The notes under the pieces: generated by a model | Told to the model about the DNA's origin: nothing | What the model saw: only the letters and a program-made list of their open reading frames with translations | The model's database searches: none | Translations under genes and position numbers: made by a program | Origin: a virus | Lineage: Duplodnaviria; Caudoviricetes | Strand: one strand, 5' to 3' | DNA: 47,847 nucleotides | Virus record (IMG/VR): IMGVR_UViG_3300043596_000006 | Span: 1 to 47,847 of that record | Shown here: positions 20,064-27,356 of the stretch, piece by piece | Numbering within the stretch: position 1 is the stretch's first letter | How the letters are laid out: every line of letters begins with the position of its first letter

Positions 20064-20294
20064 ATGGCAGTTGGAGACGATGCCGCGGCCGCAGGGTATT
20101 CGCTTGTGGACGGCACTACTGACAAGGTAATCGACGGCGACACCGAGATCAACCGAACTCGCGACTACATTGCTCAGTTGAAGGTGACGATCCCCGTCGG
20201 CAAGGCTGCTTTCCGTACCGCGGCTGGTATCAGTTCTGGTACGGCAGCACCTTCCGGCGGGGCAGACGGCGATATTTACTTTCAGTACACGTAG
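20064..20294 (+). CDS. Small minor tail protein
   Basis: GGAGG RBS; SSGTAAPSGGADGDIYFQY tail motif. Confidence 0.7.
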   Translation: MAVGDDAAAAGYSLVDGTTDKVIDGDTEINRTRDYIAQLKVTIPVGKAAFRTAAGISSGTAAPSGGADGDIYFQYT

Positions 20295-20302
20295 GAGGAC
20301 TG

Positions 20303-21379
20303 ATGGCACGGATCACCGGGTCCTCCAACAACGGTTCATATTTGTACATAGACTACACCTACACCCAGAATGTCGCGGGTAACTACACCTCGGTTTCCTG
20401 GACATATGGCGTTCACTGGGGAACCTATTACTTCCGGATTGATGATGCTGTAATCAACTTCTCGACCACAGCATCCGGAGCCTCTCTGAGTGGCGCCGGC
20501 GGCACCGGTACCTACAACTCAGGTTGGCCTATCTCTGGGTCTGGTTCTAACCGAGACCACGTCATCAAATCTGGATCAACATCTGTTCACCACAACGAAG
20601 CGACCGGCGTAGGCAACATCAGGTTCGTGGGTAGTGCGTCTTGGGACACCCCAGGCAACTTCACTTCATCCATGAACTCGACGGTGACGCTCCCGACGAT
20701 CCCTCGGGATAGCAGCGCGCCCAGCGCGCCAGTCATCACGAACGTAACCTCGACTAGCATGATTGCCACATTCCACGATGGAAGTGGCGGCGCTGAGATC
20801 GATTCAAGGCAACTGGCGTACAGCACCAGTTCATCCACCAAGTCGCCCATCATATCCTCGGATGGGTCGACAACCATATCAGGCCTTACTCCAGGTACCA
20901 CTTACTATATCTGGGCCCGTACACACAATGCTGCGGGGTTTAGCGCATGGTCAGGACGAGCCACTGCCACGACGCTCGGTTCGCCATCGCCTCCGACGGC
21001 GCCTCTCGTTACGTCAGTGACCGAGTCCAGCGCAGTAGTGACGTGGGATCCGCCGGCCAACAACGGTTCGCCGATCACGTCCTATGATGTAGGCTACGCG
21101 ACTACGGACGTAGACCCGACGACGATTGTGGCTGCTACATCACCCAAGACCGTCACCGGACTCGTTCCCTCCACGACGTACTATATTCGGGTGAGGGCTA
21201 CGAACGTAGTCGGATCTAGTGCATGGTCGACAGCTACCGTCATCACTACTCTGGCAGCGGCTAACGTGCGAGTCTCCGGTGTCTGGGTTAATGCGATTCC
21301 CTGGGTCACCGTGAGTGGTGTACCGAAGCAAGCGGTTCCTTGGGTCAAAGTTAGTGGAGTTTGGGAGAAGGCGATATAA
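20303..21379 (+). CDS. Minor tail protein with two fibronectin type III domains
   Basis: GLTPGTTYYIWAR.HNAAGFSAWS and GLVPSTTYYIRVRATNVVGSSAWS FN3 signatures. Confidence 0.85.
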   Translation: MARITGSSNNGSYLYIDYTYTQNVAGNYTSVSWTYGVHWGTYYFRIDDAVINFSTTASGASLSGAGGTGTYNSGWPISGSGSNRDHVIKSGSTSVHHNEATGVGNIRFVGSASWDTPGNFTSSMNSTVTLPTIPRDSSAPSAPVITNVTSTSMIATFHDGSGGAEIDSRQLAYSTSSSTKSPIISSDGSTTISGLTPGTTYYIWARTHNAAGFSAWSGRATATTLGSPSPPTAPLVTSVTESSAVVTWDPPANNGSPITSYDVGYATTDVDPTTIVAATSPKTVTGLVPSTTYYIRVRATNVVGSSAWSTATVITTLAAANVRVSGVWVNAIPWVTVSGVPKQAVPWVKVSGVWEKAI

Positions 21380-21381
21380 CC

Positions 21382-21747
21382 ATGTTTGACGGCGTACCAG
21401 TTGACAAGCTGACCGCACCTTTGCTTCTTCTGCTCGCCGTACTCATGGTTTTCCTGGGTCTCCTTGTTCCGCGGTACGTCTACAAGGCTAAGGAAAAGGA
21501 ATGCGAGGCCTGGAAAGCGGCGTATTTCGCGGAGCGGGATGCGCGTATGGCTGCTAATTCCCAAACTGTCGAGCTTCTGGAGCTCGCAAAGACATCCAAT
21601 AACGTCCTTCAGGCGATGTTCAGTTCGACTGGGCATTCCACGCCAAGGACGGGAGGTAACAAGTGGGATTCTGGAGACGCAATAAGGAGGCCGAGGAAGC
21701 AGCAAGGCGTGCTTTGGCCGATGCTCAAAGAAATCTTTCGTCAATAG
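21382..21747 (+). CDS. Membrane protein (lysis-cassette associated)
   Basis: N-terminal TM (LLLLLAVLMVFLGLLVPR) followed by coiled coil. Confidence 0.7.
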   Translation: MFDGVPVDKLTAPLLLLLAVLMVFLGLLVPRYVYKAKEKECEAWKAAYFAERDARMAANSQTVELLELAKTSNNVLQAMFSSTGHSTPRTGGNKWDSGDAIRRPRKQQGVLWPMLKEIFRQ

Positions 21748-21863
21748 AGGGTCGATCTGCGGAGGTACACAGCGTATCTGAGTCCCTTCGAGGTCTACGC
21801 GAAAGAAACCACTTCGCTCAGACACTCGATCAAATCATAAGGAGTGGAAGGCCAATCCGATGA
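21663..21863 (+). CDS. Hypothetical protein
   Basis: GGGAGG RBS before GTG 21663; RERNHFA motif; ATGA coupling to the next gene. Confidence 0.7.
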   Translation: MGFWRRNKEAEEAARRALADAQRNLSSIEGRSAEVHSVSESLRGLRERNHFAQTLDQIIRSGRPIR

Positions 21864-22189
21864 CCCACGACGTCCAGACCTTGCGCCAGTGGCTTTTCGT
21901 CGTTGTCGTGATTGCAGGTGTTGGAGCAACGTCAGTTCCGCTCCTATACGCCTTCACGGGGTGGCGAACGAGTCGACTTGGTAAATTGTTCATGTTCAAG
22001 TCCCTAGCATTCGCCACCCTGGTAGATACGTTCGTACTGTTCAAATTCTGGAAGCCGAACATCTACGTAATTGCCCTGGTTTACACCATTGTTTTCGCTG
22101 CCATTGCCACATTCTCCGTCGGAATGTCTCTCTACATATTTAGGGCGAATTGGCTTGGCCGAAAGGAGAGAATACATTATGACGAGTAA
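21860..22189 (+). CDS. Membrane protein, 3 TM (holin-like accessory)
   Basis: Three hydrophobic segments. Confidence 0.7.
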   Translation: MTHDVQTLRQWLFVVVVIAGVGATSVPLLYAFTGWRTSRLGKLFMFKSLAFATLVDTFVLFKFWKPNIYVIALVYTIVFAAIATFSVGMSLYIFRANWLGRKERIHYDE

Positions 22190-22544
22190 GGTGTACGACG
22201 CCCTCAAGCAGGTGGCTCAGATCTGGCTCCCTGCTCTGGGCGCGGCATATTTCAGTTTGGCTGGGATCTGGGGATTCCCCAATCCTGAGGACGTGGTCGG
22301 CACCATCGTGGTGATCGATACTTTCCTTGGCGTAGTTCTCCATATCAGCACTCAGACCTATTCTCAGTCAGAGAAGGCGTTCGATGGTACTGCGCACATC
22401 ATGACTTCTCCGGACGGTACTGAGAAGACCTTCATGCTGGTCTTGAACAAGGATCCAGCGGGAGAACTCGTCGACATCGAGAGCAAGCCGTCCATTTCCT
22501 TCAAGATCAGTAAGGAAACTCCTAAGGTTAATCTCGCGGGCTAA
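22179..22544 (+). CDS. Holin (Dp-1-like)
   Basis: MTSKVYDALK.VAQIWLPALG...WG.P..E.VVGTI..IDTFLG..L.IS; AAGGAG RBS before ATG 22179. Confidence 0.8.
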   Translation: MTSKVYDALKQVAQIWLPALGAAYFSLAGIWGFPNPEDVVGTIVVIDTFLGVVLHISTQTYSQSEKAFDGTAHIMTSPDGTEKTFMLVLNKDPAGELVDIESKPSISFKISKETPKVNLAG

Positions 22545-22562
22545 ACACGGCCTATAGTGAGA
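22534..22562 (+). promoter_or_regulatory. Conserved 29-bp phage promoter-like motif, copy 1
   Basis: TCGCGGGCTAAACACGGCCTATAGTGAGA, followed by GAGGAG and ATG 22582. Confidence 0.85.
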
Positions 22563-22581
22563 CCCTAACCGAGGAGAACCC

Positions 22582-22869
22582 ATGTTCACTATCCGTAGGA
22601 CCACCGAACCGACCAAGCTTAAGGTCGTGATTGATGAGTTGCTCGACTCGTTGAAAGACAAAGACCCCACTACCCCCGAATACTCGGTGGTCGCGGACCA
22701 GATCCAAAAGCTCTACAAGCTGCAGGAGGTTGATTCCTCCCAGCGCGTGAGCAAGGAGACCTGGGCCCTGATCGCTGCGAATCTCGCGGGAATTGTGATC
22801 GTTGTCGGACACGAGCGATTCCACGCCATCACGACCAAAGCCTTCGGAATGGTGCGCCGCGCACAGTAA
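22582..22869 (+). CDS. Cassette protein with one TM segment
   Basis: RBS, ORF and terminator; WALIAANLAGIVIVVG. Confidence 0.8.
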   Translation: MFTIRRTTEPTKLKVVIDELLDSLKDKDPTTPEYSVVADQIQKLYKLQEVDSSQRVSKETWALIAANLAGIVIVVGHERFHAITTKAFGMVRRAQ

Positions 22870-22892
22870 CACGAGTACCAAAGAAGATCTCG

Positions 22893-22935
22893 CGTATACG
22901 CCGTCAGGTTAACCCCTGCACGGCGTATACGTTTT
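22893..22935 (+). terminator. Intrinsic terminator
   Basis: CGTATACGCCGT/ACGGCGTATACG 12-bp perfect stem followed by TTTT. Confidence 0.8.
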
Positions 22936-22955
22936 ACACGGGTTATATTTCTGCT

Positions 22956-22984
22956 TCGCAAAGAATACAGGGCTTATAGTGAGA
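22956..22984 (+). promoter_or_regulatory. Promoter-like motif, copy 2
   Basis: TCGCAAAGAATACAGGGCTTATAGTGAGA. Confidence 0.85.
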
Positions 22985-23003
22985 ACCCTACTAAGGAGAA
23001 GCC

Positions 23004-23231
23004 ATGTTTGGACGCAAAATTGCGCTGACCACTGTTGTTTCCACCCCCAAGATCACCTCCGATAACACCGAAACCACGAAGACCCCCGTCGACATTGAGA
23101 ACCTCATTCTCACTCTCGAAGGAGCGATCGCTCGTAGTGCGTGCGTTGTCGGTCTGGTAATCGTTGGTGTGGTGGCCGCCAAGAGTGTGTTCCGCACTTG
23201 TGACACCGTCGTTGCTCACGTCTACAAGTAG
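23004..23231 (+). CDS. Cassette protein with one TM segment
   Basis: AAGGAG RBS; ACVVGLVIVGVVAA. Confidence 0.8.
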   Translation: MFGRKIALTTVVSTPKITSDNTETTKTPVDIENLILTLEGAIARSACVVGLVIVGVVAAKSVFRTCDTVVAHVYK

Positions 23232-23234
23232 CTC

Positions 23235-23269
23235 ACAAGCCTAGTCCTCACAAGGGATTTAGGTTTTGT
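23235..23269 (+). terminator. Putative terminator
   Basis: AAGCCTAGTCC...GGGATTTAGGTTTT imperfect stem with G:U pairs. Confidence 0.6.
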
Positions 23270-23308
23270 ACAAGCAAAAATTTCCCGCGTGGGATTTTCG
23301 GCACAAAG

Positions 23309-23337
23309 TCGCGAAGAATACACACCCTATAATGAGA
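23309..23337 (+). promoter_or_regulatory. Promoter-like motif, copy 3
   Basis: TCGCGAAGAATACACACCCTATAATGAGA. Confidence 0.85.
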
Positions 23338-23357
23338 CCCCTACGAAAGGATCAGCC

Positions 23358-23528
23358 ATGATCAATTTCGAGAACATCCACAAGAACCACAAGCTTGCAT
23401 ACCTCGACGGCCTGCTCTGCGGCGTTGCCCTCACGATCATCGTGAACGGCTTCGTTAAAGACTACCGCGAGATGAAGCTTGCCCGGCGCTTGATGGATGA
23501 GACCGACACGACCACCGCTTCCAAGTAG
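23358..23528 (+). CDS. Cassette protein, 56 aa, one TM segment
   Basis: AAAGGA RBS before ATG 23358; GLLCGVALTIIV. Confidence 0.8.
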   Translation: MINFENIHKNHKLAYLDGLLCGVALTIIVNGFVKDYREMKLARRLMDETDTTTASK

Positions 23529-23535
23529 AACCGAG

Positions 23536-23565
23536 ACCTATCCATGAACCCGTGGTATAGGTTTT
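23536..23565 (+). terminator. Putative terminator
   Basis: ACCTATCCATG...CGTGGTATAGGTTTT. Confidence 0.6.
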
Positions 23566-23568
23566 GCC

Positions 23569-23597
23569 TCGCAGAAATTACACGGCTTATAGTGAGA
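23569..23597 (+). promoter_or_regulatory. Promoter-like motif, copy 4
   Basis: TCGCAGAAATTACACGGCTTATAGTGAGA. Confidence 0.85.
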
Positions 23598-23619
23598 CCA
23601 CAATCGAAGGAGACCCCAA

Positions 23620-23793
23620 ATGTCCCAGACCCCCATCACCGTCGACTCGTCCACCACCCCCAAGCTCCCGACCCCCAAGGAGATCGCCAAGGCCTTCGCG
23701 CCCATCGCGATCTCCTTGGCGGCCGGCATCGGCTTCGGGATGCTGATCGAGAAGATAAAAAACAAGGGAACCGACACCACCGAATCCGCCTGA
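23620..23793 (+). CDS. Cassette protein, 57 aa, one TM segment (absent from the ORF track)
   Basis: AAGGAG RBS; MSQTPITVDSSTTPKLPTPKEIAKAFAPIAISLAAGIGFGMLIEKIKNKGTDTTESA; strong C-ending codon bias. Confidence 0.85.
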   Translation: MSQTPITVDSSTTPKLPTPKEIAKAFAPIAISLAAGIGFGMLIEKIKNKGTDTTESA

Positions 23794-23805
23794 TCATCTC
23801 AACCT

Positions 23806-23842
23806 GAAAGCCCCTAAACCCGGCTTTTGGGTTTTGTTTTTT
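23806..23842 (+). terminator. Putative terminator
   Basis: AAAGCC/GGCTTT or AAACCC/GGGTTT stems followed by a T-run. Confidence 0.6.
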
Positions 23843-23857
23843 GAGGGGAGGTGGAAC

Positions 23858-24022
23858 ATGACCTGGTGGCAACGCATTCGCTTCAGCTTGGCGATGCTAA
23901 GGATAGGCCGTCTTGTGTACACGAACGAAGAGTATAAGGACGTGTGGTACTTCGACGATCTAACTCGTCGAAGAAAGGAAACGGCTCAGCCGTTTAAGTC
24001 TCAGTTCAGGATGGTGAAATGA
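23858..24022 (+). CDS. Hypothetical protein, 54 aa
   Basis: GGAGGT RBS; ATGA coupling to the next gene. Confidence 0.65.
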   Translation: MTWWQRIRFSLAMLRIGRLVYTNEEYKDVWYFDDLTRRRKETAQPFKSQFRMVK

Positions 24023-24768
24023 ACATCTCGGGTATTCCTCGACAGATCATGCGATTCGTCGGGAACAACTCGCCGGCGATCCTCACTGGGGTCGGGGTTG
24101 CTGGCGTGCTTACCACCGCGGTTCTCACCGCCAAGGCGACGTTCTCCTACATGAAGTCTCTGTCAGAGGAAGGATATTTCGATAGGGACTACACGTTCGA
24201 ACGCACACCGAAGGAGCACTTCCAGAACGCTTGGAAGTTGTATATTCCTCCGGCTGTCGCCTGCTTCGCTACGGTCACTGCGATCGTCTGTTCCAATCGG
24301 ATCGAGTACCGGCGCGCTGCTGCGGTAGCCGCTGCCTACGCCATATCCGAACGGGGCTGGGAGGAGTACAAGGCCAAGATCGTCGAGCGACTCGGTCCCA
24401 AGAAGGAGCAGGCGGCTCAGGACGAAGTGGCTCAGGACCGGGTGACCGCCAATCCGCCGTCCACGCAGACGATCATCCTCGGAGAGGGCGACTCACTCTG
24501 CATGGATTTGTGGAGCGGTCGGTATTTCCGTAGCACGATGGAGAAGGTCAAGACCGCCATGGCCGAGACCAACGCCAAGATCTACCGAGAGGATTGGGCG
24601 TCTCTCACCAGCTTCTACGAAGAGGTTGGATTGAAGTCCACGCAGGAGTCCGACAATATCGGATGGAACAAGGACCACCCGCTCGACTTGCGCTTCTCCT
24701 TCGCAGGAGACGACGAGGGGCACCCTGTCATGTGCTTCTCGTTCCGCGCAATCCCGTTCCAGTACTAA
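24019..24768 (+). CDS. Hypothetical protein (paralog family A)
   Basis: SPAILTGVGVAGV N-terminal hydrophobic segment; C-terminal FY..VG.....NIGW. Confidence 0.85.
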   Translation: MNISGIPRQIMRFVGNNSPAILTGVGVAGVLTTAVLTAKATFSYMKSLSEEGYFDRDYTFERTPKEHFQNAWKLYIPPAVACFATVTAIVCSNRIEYRRAAAVAAAYAISERGWEEYKAKIVERLGPKKEQAAQDEVAQDRVTANPPSTQTIILGEGDSLCMDLWSGRYFRSTMEKVKTAMAETNAKIYREDWASLTSFYEEVGLKSTQESDNIGWNKDHPLDLRFSFAGDDEGHPVMCFSFRAIPFQY

Positions 24769-24795
24769 ACCACAACCCGAAAGGAACCACCTGTC

Positions 24796-24993
24796 ATGAA
24801 GAACCTGCTCACCAAGAAGAACGTCCTGCTCGCCCTGGGCGGCCTGGCTGTCACCGCCGGCGCCATGGCGTTCGCCAACCGCTCGTCCCTGGTCACGCAC
24901 GTCGTGAACGAGGCTCAGGCTGGTCTGGCCGAGACTCTGGTCGACGTTGCCACCACGACCGCCAAGGCGGCCACCAAGGTTAAGAACGCCTAG
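24796..24993 (+). CDS. Small membrane protein
   Basis: AAAGGA RBS; VLLALGGLAVTAGAMAF; strong codon bias. Confidence 0.8.
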   Translation: MKNLLTKKNVLLALGGLAVTAGAMAFANRSSLVTHVVNEAQAGLAETLVDVATTTAKAATKVKNA

Positions 24994-25032
24994 TCCACCC
25001 GTCCACAAACCCACGACACACAAAGGAATATC

Positions 25033-25692
25033 ATGCTCAAGAAGGTTATCCAGTACAAGGACCTCGAAGGCAACAACGTCGTCGATGATTTCTGGTTCCA
25101 TCTGTCCATCGCCGATATTCTGGAGATGGAAACTGAGGTCGAGGGTGGTCTCAAGGCTCGGCTGCAGAAGATGATCGACAGCAAGGACGATACCCAGATC
25201 CTTTCGATCATGCGAGGCATCGTAACCCGAGCGGTAGGCGTAAAGTCCACGGACGGGCGTCGGTTCATGAAGGATGCTGAGCACAAGTCGGCGTTCTTGG
25301 ACTCGAATGCCTATTCAGCATTCCTGGTCGAGATTATGACCCTGCCGGGTGCGGCCGTGGACTTTGCGAATGGCGTGGTCCCCGCGGATCTCGACGAGCA
25401 GATCGCTAAGGCTAAGAGTAACCAGCAGCAGGAGGACCCGACTTCCTCTTCGACGTCTTCGCCCACGTCCACGGTCACGCCGGTTTCCGAGTCTCCTCTG
25501 AACGCGCAGTCCTTCGGACGCACTGAGGAGCGTGACTTCACGGACTGGCGGACCTACACCGAGGCTGAACTCCTTGGGATGGACAACGACATGTTCGAGG
25601 CCATCGGCGGCAAGATTCGTCCGGGCGTCGACAAGGTCCTCCTGGCCATCGCGTTCAAGCGCCGGAACCGTGCCACGTCGGGAGGAGCCTAG
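25033..25692 (+). CDS. Hypothetical protein
   Basis: AAAGGA RBS; YKDLEGN...FWFHLS and GVKSTDGRRF. Confidence 0.85.
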   Translation: MLKKVIQYKDLEGNNVVDDFWFHLSIADILEMETEVEGGLKARLQKMIDSKDDTQILSIMRGIVTRAVGVKSTDGRRFMKDAEHKSAFLDSNAYSAFLVEIMTLPGAAVDFANGVVPADLDEQIAKAKSNQQQEDPTSSSTSSPTSTVTPVSESPLNAQSFGRTEERDFTDWRTYTEAELLGMDNDMFEAIGGKIRPGVDKVLLAIAFKRRNRATSGGA

Positions 25693-25915
25693 ACCAACTA
25701 CGGGCTCGGCAAGTTCCTGCTCGACTGCGTCATGTTCGTCCTTACGGGTGGGCTCTGGCTCATCTGGATTTTCGTGCGTGAGATGCGCCGATAGTCATGT
25801 ATTGGCTTCGCGTGATTGAGTGGTGTTTACGTCATTGCCACGGTCTGTGGGAATCAAGAGATGACGTTGACGCCGTACAGTGCTCGAAGTGCGGAAATCT
25901 GTTCTATCGAAACAA

Positions 25916-26031
25916 GTGATATTGAGGGGCACCGGCGAGGTCGCGCGTGGGAGGGGTCTCCGCGCAGCCTATTCAGGACGCCAGGTTATAAAAGACCGCA
26001 CCTACGGTGAAATAGGCGCCCCTTATATCAC
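25916..26031 (+). ncRNA. Candidate structured RNA (multi-branch)
   Basis: Closing stem GTGATATTGAGGGGCACC/GGCGCCCCTTATATCAC encloses three hairpins; intergenic. Confidence 0.45.
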
Positions 26032-26052
26032 ACAGCCATTGAGAGGATCAAA

Positions 26053-26202
26053 ATGCACATCTTCCTGCTGTTCCTGAAAGTCGAAAGTTACGCACTGCTG
26101 TTCTGTCTTGTGCTGGCAATTCTGTGCGGAATCGTCTGTGGTATTGGAGTGGGGATCGAGCGTCTTATCCTGGGACCGCGCGACCCGAATTCGCGTAATT
26201 AA
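26053..26202 (+). CDS. Small membrane protein, 49 aa (absent from the ORF track)
   Basis: GAGAGG RBS; MHIFLLFLKVESYALLFCLVLAILCGIVCGIGVGIERLILGPRDPNSRN. Confidence 0.65.
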   Translation: MHIFLLFLKVESYALLFCLVLAILCGIVCGIGVGIERLILGPRDPNSRN

Positions 26203-26219
26203 CACACCCTATAATGAGA
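26191..26219 (+). promoter_or_regulatory. Promoter-like motif, copy 5
   Basis: TCGCGTAATTAACACACCCTATAATGAGA. Confidence 0.85.
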
Positions 26220-26258
26220 CCCCTAACAAGGCCTCTTATTATTCAGACAAGGAGAACC

Positions 26259-26480
26259 ATGGACAAGCGTGACATCACTAACGCCATTGTTCAGATCATC
26301 GTCGGGGCTGCCGTTGGCGCGGTCGTCGACAAGGGTCTGGTTGCCCTCATCCCCGCCACTGGCAAGTTCAAAGTGGCCGAGATGACTGGCATGTTCGCGG
26401 GTTGGGCCGTGTGCAACAAGTATGAGTCTCAGCTCAAGGAGCTGGTGGACAACTTCTACAACAAGCGTGAGACCCGCTAG
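26259..26480 (+). CDS. Cassette protein, 73 aa, hydrophobic
   Basis: AAGGAG RBS before ATG 26259; AIVQIIVGAAVGAVV. Confidence 0.8.
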   Translation: MDKRDITNAIVQIIVGAAVGAVVDKGLVALIPATGKFKVAEMTGMFAGWAVCNKYESQLKELVDNFYNKRETR

Positions 26481-26495
26481 TCTCCAATACATCTC

Positions 26496-26530
26496 AAAAC
26501 TAATCGGCTGAACGTGCCTTTTAGTTTTTG
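26496..26530 (+). terminator. Putative terminator
   Basis: AAAACTAA.GGC...GCC.TTAGTTTTT. Confidence 0.6.
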
Positions 26531-26549
26531 CCTACGAAGCGAGGTCGCA

Positions 26550-27200
26550 GTGCCGGAATATCCGCCAAACAGCTACGCCTCCAAGACCGCCAAGCCGGTT
26601 GAGGAGAAAGAGAAGGTTGAGAAGGTAATCGTCGGTGGAGTTACCCGCCGCAAGCCGTCTCTCGCTTCGAAGTTCAAGGCTACGTTCATTGGAGGTGACT
26701 CCAAGACTGTCGGCCGTTATATCTTGACGGACGTAGTCATCCCCACAGTCAAAGATCTCATCTTCGACATCATTACCCAGGGTAGCGAGAAGACCCTGTA
26801 CGGCGACGCTAGGTCTTCCGGTCGTCGTACCGTCGCTTCTCGTATAGGTGGCGTGGCTTATACGGCCTATCACCGTGCGGCTCAGCAGGCTAACACAGTT
26901 AGGCCGGATCCTCGGTCCACTGTGATCCAGCAGAGGGCGGCAACTCGGGCAATTCCGGTCTTCGAGGACATCATCCTCGATACGAGGGTGGAAGCCGAAG
27001 GAGTTATCGACGAACTCGTTCAGTTGATCGGTAAGTACGAGCAGGCATCGATCACCGACTTGTACGACCTGCTGGGGGAAAAGGCAGAGTACACCTACAA
27101 CTTGTGGGGGTGGCAGGATATTCAGGGCATGGGCGTCGACTACACCCGTGGTGGATATTTGCTGCGTCTACCTCCGCCGGTAGTGCTCAAGGAAGCGTAA
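26550..27200 (+). CDS. Hypothetical protein (shares C-terminal motif with family A)
   Basis: GAGGT RBS and GTG 26550; ASITDLYDLLG...NLWGW. Confidence 0.8.
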   Translation: MPEYPPNSYASKTAKPVEEKEKVEKVIVGGVTRRKPSLASKFKATFIGGDSKTVGRYILTDVVIPTVKDLIFDIITQGSEKTLYGDARSSGRRTVASRIGGVAYTAYHRAAQQANTVRPDPRSTVIQQRAATRAIPVFEDIILDTRVEAEGVIDELVQLIGKYEQASITDLYDLLGEKAEYTYNLWGWQDIQGMGVDYTRGGYLLRLPPPVVLKEA

Positions 27201-27343
27201 TGACGAACTCGCAGATACGTGAGGAAGTCAAGAAGGCATACAAGGAATCCCCGCAGTGGGCGGGAAAAGTCAACGCCATGACCGATGACCAAGTCACAGC
27301 CGTATTTATGCGGCTCAAACTCATGGGCATCATCAAAATCTGA
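27200..27343 (+). CDS. Hypothetical protein, 47 aa
   Basis: TAATG coupling; R..VKKAY...W..KV.AMTDDQV.AVF pattern. Confidence 0.75.
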   Translation: MTNSQIREEVKKAYKESPQWAGKVNAMTDDQVTAVFMRLKLMGIIKI

Positions 27344-27356
27344 AGGAGTAAGTAGG

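Noticed and set aside
22534-23600. Repeated motif as a CRISPR array
   Set aside because: Repeats are degenerate and the intervening units are 260-420-bp gene cassettes; no cas operon
25916-26031. tRNA or hammerhead ribozyme
   Set aside because: Lacks the T-loop GTTC, D-loop and CCA geometry of a tRNA, and lacks the CTGANGA hammerhead core
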